IMG/VR virus record: IMGVR_UViG_3300009164_000039
DNA length: 64,000 nucleotides
Strand: one strand, 5' to 3'
From: a virus
The translations under genes were made by a program, and so were the position numbers. Shown here piece by piece: positions 1 to 8,415 of this stretch. The number at the start of each line of letters is the position of its first letter. Within the stretch, counting starts at the first letter, position 1. The notes beneath the pieces are model-generated. The model searched no databases. It had not been told where the DNA came from and saw nothing but the letters and a program-made list of their open reading frames with translations.

Positions 1-1
1 A

Positions 2-220
2 CCACTATGGTTCAAGAGTGGCTATAGGAAAAAAGAAACTTGCGAGGTTTGCAAGTTCAAAGCACCGTTTCCAAAAGAGCAACTGACTGTGTGCCACATT
101 GATGGCGACTTGAAAAACATCAGTTGGGTCAACTTGAAAACAGTGTGCTTGAACTGCTTGTGTACTATTTCTAAATCTAAGCTGTCGTGGAAGCCTGGGG
201 AGCTCGAGCCAGATCTTTGA
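2..220 (+). CDS. HNH-family endonuclease-like protein, 5'-truncated at window edge
   Basis: Not in the ORF track. Frame 2 reads PLWFKSGYRKKETCEVCKF...VCHIDGDLKNISWVNLKTVCLNCL...EPDL to TGA at 218-220. CxxC...HIDG-x3-N-x4-NL-x3-CxNC is an HNH/zinc pattern. Confidence 0.75.
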   Translation, partial: PLWFKSGYRKKETCEVCKFKAPFPKEQLTVCHIDGDLKNISWVNLKTVCLNCLCTISKSKLSWKPGELEPDL

Positions 221-815
221 TCTGTGCATACAGTTGCTCAATGCTTCCATTGTTGTCAACAATCACATCAAAGTCTGTGCCCACCCATGACGTTTCACTT
301 GCATGGATAGCATTGTCAGTCAGCCATTGCTGTGCTTTTGTATCACCTCGGTTGGCCTTGCAAGCAATGTCATACCAGTGCGGTATAACACCACGCTGTA
401 CCCACACAATACGCCCGCCTTGTTCTTTGATTGCTTTGATTTCGTTTGGAAAACGTACATCGCTGATCACAGTGTGATCACTGCGGCGTGCCAGTCGCGA
501 TTGCAATGCCGCAATCCAAATGTCATCATGGAAGTGAGTGCGGCATACTTCGGTGCCCCACCACTGTAGAATCCATCGTGGGGTCAAGTGTGGCATTTGC
601 AGTCGTTCAGCCCACCAAGGATCAACTTGCTCGCGCCAGGCACGAGCTTCAGGTGTGCGTCCTTCAATTAGTTCTCGGTCCCAACCAAACACTGCGCTTA
701 CAGCGTCTTTAAGAGTGCCAGCAAAGCTGTCTCGTCTAAAGCCATGGAACCCTACTAGATAATCAGCGGCTGTATCCTTGCCGCTGCCAATAAAACCACA
801 AATACCTATTATCAT
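177..815 (-). CDS. gp1: deoxynucleoside monophosphate kinase (T4 gp1-like)
   Basis: N-terminal P-loop IIGICGFIGSGKDT, SFAGTLKD, R-x2-LQWWGTEVCR and VISDVRFPNE motifs. Confidence 0.9.
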   Translation of the reverse strand: MIIGICGFIGSGKDTAADYLVGFHGFRRDSFAGTLKDAVSAVFGWDRELIEGRTPEARAWREQVDPWWAERLQMPHLTPRWILQWWGTEVCRTHFHDDIWIAALQSRLARRSDHTVISDVRFPNEIKAIKEQGGRIVWVQRGVIPHWYDIACKANRGDTKAQQWLTDNAIHASETSWVGTDFDVIVDNNGSIEQLYAQIKDLARAPQASTTA

Positions 816-837
816 ACATACCCCCGGTGTTAGAAGT

Positions 838-866
838 ATTATATTTTATAATTTGGCAAATGTCAA
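838..866 (-). promoter_or_regulatory. consensus sigma70 promoter for the kinase gene
   Basis: Minus strand TTGACA (866-861), 17-bp spacer, TATAAT (843-838), 22 nt upstream of the ATG at 815. Confidence 0.85.
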
Positions 867-1240
867 ACACCGTATTTGTTCTTTTTCTTTGGAGCAACAG
901 GACTTGCTTTGTGAGTGTCGTCTAGCTCTTTGCTGGTTAGATCACCGTGATTCAAATCTTCATAGCTGGCACCTACTGCGGCGTAGCTTTGTTTTAGCAT
1001 GTTGGCTTCTTCCTGTGTGTAAGGATGTGCTGTGTGCTTTTTACCGTAGAACGTTTTTGGATCAATGTCCAGCTTGTTTTTGCCATCGCTCATAGCCAGT
1101 GCAAGCCCAAGGCGATAGTGTGCATAGTCTGAGTTCATTTTTTCTGCATCGCCAAACGTATGCAGGCCTGCGTTTGACTGCTTGAAGTTATCTGGTACTT
1201 TGCCTGCACGAGCTTCAGCTACAATTTCAGTAATTTTCAT
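863..1240 (-). CDS. hypothetical protein, candidate internal head protein
   Basis: 125 aa. N-terminus MKITEIVAE resembles the T4 capsid-targeting sequence MKTYQEFIAE, and its first 6 aa are shared with the adjacent ORF. Confidence 0.6.
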   Translation of the reverse strand: MKITEIVAEARAGKVPDNFKQSNAGLHTFGDAEKMNSDYAHYRLGLALAMSDGKNKLDIDPKTFYGKKHTAHPYTQEEANMLKQSYAAVGASYEDLNHGDLTSKELDDTHKASPVAPKKKNKYGV

Positions 1241-1241
1241 A

Positions 1242-1880
1242 TCAGCAGTTCCAACGTCTACGTGCTTTGCAGATGGCCTTGTCCGGAGTCTTTGCGCATG
1301 AAATGCTGTGCATTTTCATTTGTCCACGACTGCGTGAGCAGTAGCTTGATCTACGCTTGCTGGCCTTACTGCCTTTCTTTAACTTACTAGGCTTAGTGGT
1401 CACAGCAGTTTGCAATTTGCTGCCAGGGTGTTCTCTGCGATAAGTTTTAACTGCTTTGCGGCTCATGCCGTCTGTCTTGTCACGATTGTTGGCTTTCTGC
1501 CAGGCTTCGCTCTCCATAATAGGATCTGACGTCACTGCAAACACATACAGTTCATCGTCTGTTAGACTTTCTAAATCTTCCCAAATTGCGTCAGCGTCAA
1601 CTCCATTGCGTTCAGCAATAGTTTCAACGATTGATTCAATTAAATCAAATTCTTCTGACAGGTCTTCTGTCTTGGGTTTTTTGCCTGCCTTCTTCATGTT
1701 GACTGCAATAGCAGCCTGTTGAGCGGCATTGGCCGCTTCTTCAACTGCCTCGGCAGGCACACAGTTATTCACACGTACTCCGCCCTTGACCTTGGTCTTG
1801 GGGTTACCAATCTTTTTACCTGTCCAGCACTTGGGATCCAAGCGGACTTTTTCTTCTACAATAATTTCAGTTATTTTCAT
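1242..1880 (-). CDS. modular basic/Cys-containing protein, candidate internal head polyprotein
   Basis: 212 aa. MKITEIIVEE start; basic modules (CWTG...NNCVP; KRRSSYCSRSRG...RRRWNC) separated by Glu-rich linkers. Confidence 0.6.
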   Translation of the reverse strand: MKITEIIVEEKVRLDPKCWTGKKIGNPKTKVKGGVRVNNCVPAEAVEEAANAAQQAAIAVNMKKAGKKPKTEDLSEEFDLIESIVETIAERNGVDADAIWEDLESLTDDELYVFAVTSDPIMESEAWQKANNRDKTDGMSRKAVKTYRREHPGSKLQTAVTTKPSKLKKGSKASKRRSSYCSRSRGQMKMHSISCAKTPDKAICKARRRWNC

Positions 1881-1883
1881 AGT

Positions 1884-3017
1884 TTATCCTATCACCCAGG
1901 TATACGGTTGTGATCCATCAACAAACCGTTTGAGCTCTTCTTCGAGAGCATCCATTTCAACTTTGGCTTCAGCTTTAAGTGCTGCCCCATTCAGTTGTGT
2001 TCCACCTTGTGGGCCTGCAATTGATGCAAACTTCTCACGTGCCTGTCCCAGCATTTCTTTACACATTGCAAGACTGTAATCTTGCAACCAAGGAAATATA
2101 GTATCGCTGTTGAACAACATGCTGTCTGGCTTTTTGTTATAGATCCATAGCAACACTGTTTCAGATGGCGTGTCAGTGACAGGACTGAATGCTTCAGTGC
2201 TTCTACGATCATATCCGTCAACCACTGTTGCAGCCAACACATTGGTGGCTATGACTGTGACTGTTTTGTAATCGCCACTCACAGTGTCCACAGTGTAGCT
2301 ACCGTTGTAACCTACCACGCGGCAGTTTCTAATTACAATATTGTTGCCTACTGCAAGGCCAGTCCATGCTTGATCAACACCAATGGTGATTGTACTGCCT
2401 ATTGCTGTGCCACTCGCACTCAATTGGGACAGCACACGATAAGTGTGTCCAGCATCAGGAATCTTGCGAATAATTGTTAGTTTTTTGCTTACTGGATTCC
2501 ATGTGTAGTTCATGTAACCGCCAAACATACGCATGGCCAGTTCTTGGTACTGGCTAAACAATTCATAGTTGACTAGTCCACCAACACGACCTGCCACCAG
2601 CATGTATGTGTTTAGGTAACCACTTGCAAATGGTTCAAATTGGCTGGCACTGGTACCAGTAACTGATCCAATGCCTCTGCGAAATATTTGACGCACATTG
2701 TTGATTTCTGCTGGTAAAATGTATTCTTGTGTTTCGGGTAGCAGTTCAAGAAACGCATAGCTTTCTTCTTCTGCATTCTGCGCACGTTGACGGTAACGAG
2801 TAAGTGCTTGATTGATTGCAATCCTGTAGTGGTCAGGATCCAATTCCACATCAACCATGCCATCACCCAGGCGGAAGCGCACATAGTCTTCGATCTCTTT
2901 ACGTTTTTGTGCATTGGGCGATACCGCAGTTTCGTCATAGGCAATCACACCCGGACTGCCCAGATTGTCTGTTACCAATGCTTGCCTTGAATTGAGTCCG
3001 CTCTTTAACGTAGCCAT
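1884..3017 (-). CDS. gp13: neck protein / head-tail adaptor (T4 gp13-like) with inserted beta domain
   Basis: YVRFRLGDGMVDVELDPDHY and QDYSLAMCKEMLGQAREKF...GPQGGTQLNG motifs. Start moved to the ATG at 3017 because the track start (3047) lies upstream of the TATAAATA promoter at 3044-3037. Confidence 0.9.
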   Translation of the reverse strand: MATLKSGLNSRQALVTDNLGSPGVIAYDETAVSPNAQKRKEIEDYVRFRLGDGMVDVELDPDHYRIAINQALTRYRQRAQNAEEESYAFLELLPETQEYILPAEINNVRQIFRRGIGSVTGTSASQFEPFASGYLNTYMLVAGRVGGLVNYELFSQYQELAMRMFGGYMNYTWNPVSKKLTIIRKIPDAGHTYRVLSQLSASGTAIGSTITIGVDQAWTGLAVGNNIVIRNCRVVGYNGSYTVDTVSGDYKTVTVIATNVLAATVVDGYDRRSTEAFSPVTDTPSETVLLWIYNKKPDSMLFNSDTIFPWLQDYSLAMCKEMLGQAREKFASIAGPQGGTQLNGAALKAEAKVEMDALEEELKRFVDGSQPYTWVIG

Positions 3018-3036
3018 AAAAAATCCCTGTATGCAG

Positions 3037-3044
3037 TATTTATA
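3037..3044 (-). promoter_or_regulatory. T4-type late promoter TATAAATA
   Basis: Exact T4 late consensus 19 nt upstream of the gp13 ATG. Confidence 0.85.
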
Positions 3045-3071
3045 CACACAGGGATTTGAGCTAGGGTTAGA

Positions 3072-4295
3072 TTATTGTACTTTGAGTAGCACCACATCAG
3101 CATTGATGCGTCCGTTTAGCAAGGTTTCTGTTGCCTTGATACTGTCCAGGTACTTGCGCAACTGCACTTTGCCTGCTTTCATAAACTCTGCCAGCTGTTG
3201 TTCGGGCTTGCGCAAGGTCTTGCTTGCACTCTTGGCAGTGTAGTTGTCAATGCTAGTGCCTTTGATAGCTAGACCCGAACTCGACATGGCCATGTACTGG
3301 CCCAGCTTGCGTGTTTTTGTGTTGTACACCCACAGCTCTTGCGCACCAATGATGTCCACTGGGTTGACACTGACCAGCTTGAGCACTGCATCTTGCTTGG
3401 CATACTTGAGCTTGGCAACCAGTTTTTCTTTGCTAGGGCTCTTTTTAACTCTAGCTTTCTTGGTGGCTTTCTTCACACCGCGGTACTGGTCAACTGCTTT
3501 TTGCAGTTCATCAAACCAGGCATAGATGCGTTTGTAGTCTGCGGTTTTGAAGTGCTTGTAGCCTTCAATCAACTGCTCGTCCGACTTGGCTTGCGCAGAT
3601 TCCATTTCTGCACGTGTTTTTACAAAAGCCATTTCAATCTTGCCTAGCTGTCCTTGTGGCACGTTTTGTGCAACCAGGAAGTCATAGGGTTTGAAGCTGG
3701 TGCCAGCATTGGTAACCACATCATCAAAGTAGCCTTCAAGCTCACCGATAGTGGCACTGGTTTTTTCATTCAGTCGATCTTGTATTGTAGGCTGTCTCAC
3801 AATGGGCTTGTCTTCTGCCGCAACAGGCTGATCGTCTTCTTCGTTGTATTCTGTGTATTTTTCAACCACATCACGCACGGCTGTTTCCAAGTACTGCAAT
3901 GCACGTGGCTTGAGCGGCATGCCTTGTTTGTGTGCGGCAATGATACTGCATGCAGTGATTGGCACCCAGCGGCTTTTGATTACTTTGCTCAAGTCAGTTT
4001 TGCTGACTACAAAGTGTTTCTGTTCCTGGAGCCATGTTATAAACTCTGGCTTCAAATCTTTAACACTGAAGTGATAGTTGTAGTAATAAAAACTACGGCG
4101 CAGGTGATGATCAAAATCTGCATCACTAAAGGCCAGAGCACGTTCTGTATCCCAAACGGGTTCCCCGCCTGTGTACTTTTCATCAGCCAGATGAGCACGG
4201 CGTACACTTACTTTTTTCTTGGCAATTTTGACGCCAGCAACTGTTTTGCCTGTGTTGCCTTTTTTAGGCGGTGCTTTTTTCACTGCTGTGACCAT
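3072..4295 (-). CDS. hypothetical protein, Lys-rich, early promoter
   Basis: 407-aa ORF with AGGAG RBS and its own sigma70 promoter. No family recognised with certainty. Confidence 0.7.
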   Translation of the reverse strand: MVTAVKKAPPKKGNTGKTVAGVKIAKKKVSVRRAHLADEKYTGGEPVWDTERALAFSDADFDHHLRRSFYYYNYHFSVKDLKPEFITWLQEQKHFVVSKTDLSKVIKSRWVPITACSIIAAHKQGMPLKPRALQYLETAVRDVVEKYTEYNEEDDQPVAAEDKPIVRQPTIQDRLNEKTSATIGELEGYFDDVVTNAGTSFKPYDFLVAQNVPQGQLGKIEMAFVKTRAEMESAQAKSDEQLIEGYKHFKTADYKRIYAWFDELQKAVDQYRGVKKATKKARVKKSPSKEKLVAKLKYAKQDAVLKLVSVNPVDIIGAQELWVYNTKTRKLGQYMAMSSSGLAIKGTSIDNYTAKSASKTLRKPEQQLAEFMKAGKVQLRKYLDSIKATETLLNGRINADVVLLKVQ

Positions 4296-4327
4296 GCATC
4301 TGCTCCTATTAGTTGATTACAAATGTA

Positions 4328-4356
4328 ATTATACGATAAAACGGATAATAGGTCAA
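4328..4356 (-). promoter_or_regulatory. sigma70 promoter
   Basis: TTGACC (4356-4351), 17 bp, TATAAT (4333-4328). Confidence 0.8.
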
Positions 4357-4622
4357 CCGTGTTGTAAATGGGCTAGCATTAGCCATTTTTCAAACTCGTT
4401 AATACTTTCGTTTATCCGAGTCAGTAGCGTTATCTGGCGTGGGGATCGTTCTCGTTTGTTCCTGCGCATTTCCACTTCCTCACCGCCCAGTTGTTGCACA
4501 AGCCCTTCTACATTGCCTATCATTCGGGCTAGATCCTTGCGACAGTTCTGTGGTGCATTTTGCATTTCTGCTCGCATTTTTGAGCTGACCTCTGTCCAAT
4601 CCAGTGAAGTTTTTATCTGCAT
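4353..4622 (-). CDS. hypothetical 89-aa helical protein (probably leaderless)
   Basis: Track ORF trimmed to MQIKTSLDW at 4622. The longer version would overlap gp14 antisense and run through the promoter. Confidence 0.7.
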   Translation of the reverse strand: MQIKTSLDWTEVSSKMRAEMQNAPQNCRKDLARMIGNVEGLVQQLGGEEVEMRRNKRERSPRQITLLTRINESINEFEKWLMLAHLQHG

Positions 4623-4628
4623 GGGTGC

Positions 4629-4657
4629 AGTATAGCACAAATTAATCCCAAAGTCAA
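4629..4657 (-). promoter_or_regulatory. sigma70 promoter with extended -10
   Basis: TTGACT (4657-4652), 17 bp, TGc-TATACT (4634-4629). ATG follows 6 nt later. Confidence 0.8.
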
Positions 4658-4662
4658 TCCAG

Positions 4663-4669
4663 CTAAATA
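4663..4669 (+). promoter_or_regulatory. late promoter CTAAATA for gp14-gp15
   Basis: NTAAATA motif 19 nt upstream of the gp14 ATG, with AAGGA RBS between. Confidence 0.65.
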
Positions 4670-4688
4670 TCACAATAAGGATCAAATA

Positions 4689-5858
4689 ATGCCTCGTCTT
4701 AGTCTCTGGCGCGAAAAAAAGGGTAACGATTACAAGTTCCTGGACCGCCGAATATCCGAAATGTACACTGTGGGTGGCACTGGTGTGCTTGTACACAAGT
4801 ATCTTGGTATTCAGGATCAAGGCGTCACCGGTGATGCTACCAAACCCAGCTACAACAATACCAGTGAACTCAATATACAAGATTTGTTGTTTTTAGAAAA
4901 CCGTGACCGCAAGTACGACACATCTGTGTACAGCATGCGCGGCATCTATCAAATTGCTGATCAGGACTTTGACCTAAGCCAATTTGGTATATTCTTGGCA
5001 CAAGGCACTATCTTCATGACGTTCCATTTGAATGACATGCTGGAAACCATTGGGCGCAAGCTCATGGCAGGTGATGTGTTGGAGTTGCAACATTTAACAG
5101 ATCTACATTCATTGGACGGCACTCTTCCTGCGGCGCTCAAAAGATTTTATGTAGTAACTGATGCCGCCCGTGCCGCCGAAGGTTTCAGTCCCACATGGTA
5201 TCCACATGTCTGGCGTTTGAAAATGCAACCGCTTGTGGACAGCCAAGAGTACAAGGATATCCTTAACAACATTTCAGCCAGTAGCGATCCGTTTGGTGCC
5301 AATGCCTCTGTTAACCCTCTAGCTGATATTATGAGCACCTACAACAAGTACATCGACATCAATGACGCAGTAATCCAGCAAGCAATAGTCGACGTTCCAA
5401 AAGCTGGATACAGTACCACACCGTTCTATACCGCACCTACCAATAGTCTCAAGGGACTCGGCGATCCGTCCGGAGTCTCTGCCAGTGGCAACAATGCAGT
5501 CAGCGGCACTGGTGTGCAAGCAAGTAGCAACAGAGATGTATCTCCGACCAAGATAACTGGCTATCTAACTGGTGACGGTACTGCTCCAAATGGGCTACCA
5601 GTTGGCACAGGTATTGCATTTCCAACTCATCCCACACGAGACGACTTTTTCTTGCGCCTGGATTATGTGCCCAACAGACTGTTTAGATATGATGGCAAAC
5701 GCTGGGTCAAGGTCGAAGATGCTGTGCGCACCACAAGCGATAACAACCTACACGGCGGATTTGTCAACAACACAAACACATGGAAGGGCGCAACACATGA
5801 TGTGATTGAGGAACGTCAGAGTCTCAGTAAAGCATTCAAGCCCCAGGCAGATAACTAA
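4689..5858 (+). CDS. gp14: neck / head closure protein (T4 gp14-like) with C-terminal extension
   Basis: IQDLLFLENRDRKYD, DLSQFGIFL and GRKLMAGDVLEL motifs; synteny with gp13 and gp15. Confidence 0.8.
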   Translation: MPRLSLWREKKGNDYKFLDRRISEMYTVGGTGVLVHKYLGIQDQGVTGDATKPSYNNTSELNIQDLLFLENRDRKYDTSVYSMRGIYQIADQDFDLSQFGIFLAQGTIFMTFHLNDMLETIGRKLMAGDVLELQHLTDLHSLDGTLPAALKRFYVVTDAARAAEGFSPTWYPHVWRLKMQPLVDSQEYKDILNNISASSDPFGANASVNPLADIMSTYNKYIDINDAVIQQAIVDVPKAGYSTTPFYTAPTNSLKGLGDPSGVSASGNNAVSGTGVQASSNRDVSPTKITGYLTGDGTAPNGLPVGTGIAFPTHPTRDDFFLRLDYVPNRLFRYDGKRWVKVEDAVRTTSDNNLHGGFVNNTNTWKGATHDVIEERQSLSKAFKPQADN

Positions 5859-7261
5859 TGGCACAACAATTTTTTTACGACAATCAAATACGCAGGTTCC
5901 TCATACAGTTTATTCGTGTGATGAGTAACTTCCAAGTTGAGTTTGGAAAACAACGTGACGGCAACACCACACTGCAACGTGTGCCAGTATTCTACGGCGA
6001 TGCCAGTAGACAAGCCAGTCAGATTCTCAAAGGCAACAGCGAAAACACCATGCAGGCTGTACCTGCAATGGCTGCGTATATCAGCAGTTTAACCTATGAT
6101 CAGTCTAGGATGCAAGAACCAAATCATGTGAGCAAGCTTCATTTTCGTGAACGCAAATACGACAGCGCAACAGGCACGTATACCAATGAACAAGGCGATG
6201 CATACACAGTAGAACGCCTGATGCCGGTACCATACAAATTAGGCATCAAATTGGACATTTGGACGTCTAATACTGAACAAAAACTGCAACTAATTGAACA
6301 GATTGCCACCTTGTTTAACCCTAGCTTAGAGATACAGAGCACAGACAACTACATTGACTGGACCAGCTTGAGTGTGATTAATCTAGGCGACATTGTGTGG
6401 AGTAGTAGAAGTGTGCCAATTGGCACCGAAGATCCCATTGACATTGCCAGCATGAGCTTCGACATCCCAATTTGGATCAGTACTCCGATCAAGGTTAAAA
6501 AGCTGGGTGTGATACAAAAAATGATTGCCAACATGTATGATGCTGAAGGTAATGTAAGTACTGATGTTTTTGACTCGGGCAAGTTACTCATGCGTAAAGT
6601 ATTGACTCCAATGGACTACGGAGTTGTGTGGCAAGGTAATTCATTGAGTTTGGTCAAGTACAGCGAACACTACACAGGCGACGATGTACGCATTAGTTTA
6701 ACTATCAACAAACAAAGCATTGACAACTGGCGCAATCTAATAAACTTGTACGGATCAGTTGACGCACTGCAATTAACCAATGGTACTAGCGAAATACGTT
6801 TTCAGCAAGATGATGGCAGCGAGGTAATTGGTACGGTTGCGTATCATCCAACCGACGATACCAAGTTGTTGTACACTCCGTTTGGCGATACCTTGCCCAG
6901 CAACACTGTTGGACCAATCAATGCAATCATCGATCCATTCAAAGTTGATGTGAATGCAAGTATACTAGATCCGGCGCCCGGCACACGTTATTTGATACTC
7001 AATGACATTGGAAGTTTTGACAATGATGACCCTGCGCCGGCCTGGGCAGGTGAAGTAGGCAACAACCTAGTGGCACATACCAACGATATTATTGAATACA
7101 ACGGCACACGTTGGTCAGTTAGTTTTGACAGCCGTGGCACCAATGTGCTACAATACGTAACTAACCTAGCAACAGGTATTCAATACAAGTGGCTGGACCA
7201 AAATTGGATCAAGAGTGTAGAAGGTGTTTATCGAGCAGGATCATGGAGCCTAGTATTGTAG
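5858..7261 (+). CDS. gp15: tail sheath stabiliser / tail terminator (T4 gp15-like) with C-terminal extension
   Basis: FFYDNQIRRFLIQF, RVPVFYG, MPVPYKLGIKLDIW and QLIEQIATLFNP motifs. TAATG coupling to gp14. Confidence 0.9.
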   Translation: MAQQFFYDNQIRRFLIQFIRVMSNFQVEFGKQRDGNTTLQRVPVFYGDASRQASQILKGNSENTMQAVPAMAAYISSLTYDQSRMQEPNHVSKLHFRERKYDSATGTYTNEQGDAYTVERLMPVPYKLGIKLDIWTSNTEQKLQLIEQIATLFNPSLEIQSTDNYIDWTSLSVINLGDIVWSSRSVPIGTEDPIDIASMSFDIPIWISTPIKVKKLGVIQKMIANMYDAEGNVSTDVFDSGKLLMRKVLTPMDYGVVWQGNSLSLVKYSEHYTGDDVRISLTINKQSIDNWRNLINLYGSVDALQLTNGTSEIRFQQDDGSEVIGTVAYHPTDDTKLLYTPFGDTLPSNTVGPINAIIDPFKVDVNASILDPAPGTRYLILNDIGSFDNDDPAPAWAGEVGNNLVAHTNDIIEYNGTRWSVSFDSRGTNVLQYVTNLATGIQYKWLDQNWIKSVEGVYRAGSWSLVL

Positions 7262-7668
7262 AAAGTTGTGGAGCACTTGTTTATGCCCGTTCCACACAAA
7301 GATATCTTTTCCTATTAAGGAATCACAGTCGCCACGCCAGCAGTTGGGGGTTTGTTGGTGGCAAGCTCGAGCTGGGTGAGCGTGTGATTGATGCACTATA
7401 CCGAGAAGCAGATGAAGAAATTGGCAAGGACCTACGTGACTTTAAGATTGTGCCAATTGAAAAGTTTACCAGCGCAAATGAAAACTTCTGCTATCATACA
7501 TTTTTAGTGCAGGTAGATCAAGAGTTTGTTCCTGTACTTAACCACGAGCATCGTGGTTACTGCTGGGTGCGACTAGAAGATTATCCTAAACCCTTGCACC
7601 CAGGTGTATGGCGTACATTCAAATTTGACAGCATTGTGACCAAGATACGCACAATGGAACAGGTTTAA
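7243..7668 (+). CDS. Nudix hydrolase
   Basis: Nudix box GGKLELGERVIDALYREADEEIG. Likely start at ATG 7243 (AGGA RBS). Confidence 0.9.
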   Translation: MEPSIVESCGALVYARSTQRYLFLLRNHSRHASSWGFVGGKLELGERVIDALYREADEEIGKDLRDFKIVPIEKFTSANENFCYHTFLVQVDQEFVPVLNHEHRGYCWVRLEDYPKPLHPGVWRTFKFDSIVTKIRTMEQV

Positions 7669-8406
7669 TTACAAATCTACAGCAAGTGCAAACTGCCTGT
7701 AGTCAATTTGCTGGAAGTTTAACAAGCCAGCCCAGGCATCAGGAACCTTGTAATACTTGCCCGGCATCACACGATAGAACTCCACATCACTGTACATGGT
7801 CATGATTGACGCCATGCTTTTGACCCAGTAGTCATCTGTGACATTGTAGTTGGCATCATCGTACCCATTGGTCCCAGCATAGCAGTTGTTGTTGAGATTC
7901 TCGCCGATGTTGTTGTCGAATCCAATCAAGAAAATCTTTTTGTGTCCATCAAAGCAGGCCAAGTAGGTAGCAATGGTTCCGGCGTTCCAACTTGGATCCT
8001 GCGGAATTAGATAAAATTTGCCTGAATAGGCCTGGATGTGCGGACTGTTGGCGTACACAATATGCTCATCGCTATAACCACTTTCAGCAATTTCTTGTAC
8101 AATTTCTTTACCAGTGGCAACTAAAAAATTAGGAGCAAAGTCTCTGTAGAGTGCATTACACCCGTAACTTTGTAACGCATCCCGCCCAAGCAATCCACCA
8201 CGGTGATTGCCAACCAAATGCAGTTCAAATTTGGCGCGAGTGTCTCCGTTGCCGATTACACATGCCTGGCTGCTGATTCTATTGTTAACCACACTGTTGG
8301 GCACAAACTCACGTTCGTATTTCCATTGCCCACCTTCAAAGGTCATAGACGAAGTAATTTCTTCGCCTGTGTATGTAGCTCTATAAAGTTTTTGTATCTT
8401 TTGCAT
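7669..8406 (-). CDS. Maf/DUF115 or sialyltransferase-like fold protein (putative glycosyltransferase-like)
   Basis: ACVIGNGDTR ... YGCNALYRDFAPNFLVATG ... AGTIATYLACFDGHKKIFLIGFD motif series. Confidence 0.5.
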   Translation of the reverse strand: MQKIQKLYRATYTGEEITSSMTFEGGQWKYEREFVPNSVVNNRISSQACVIGNGDTRAKFELHLVGNHRGGLLGRDALQSYGCNALYRDFAPNFLVATGKEIVQEIAESGYSDEHIVYANSPHIQAYSGKFYLIPQDPSWNAGTIATYLACFDGHKKIFLIGFDNNIGENLNNNCYAGTNGYDDANYNVTDDYWVKSMASIMTMYSDVEFYRVMPGKYYKVPDAWAGLLNFQQIDYRQFALAVDL

Positions 8407-8415
8407 GATCAGTTA

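Noticed and set aside
3654-4316. Long antisense ORFs (also 16579-17322, 30733-31368, 33643-35022, 44213-44908 and many shorter track entries)
   Set aside because: Shadow frames of well-supported genes, with no RBS or promoter and low-complexity or implausible composition.
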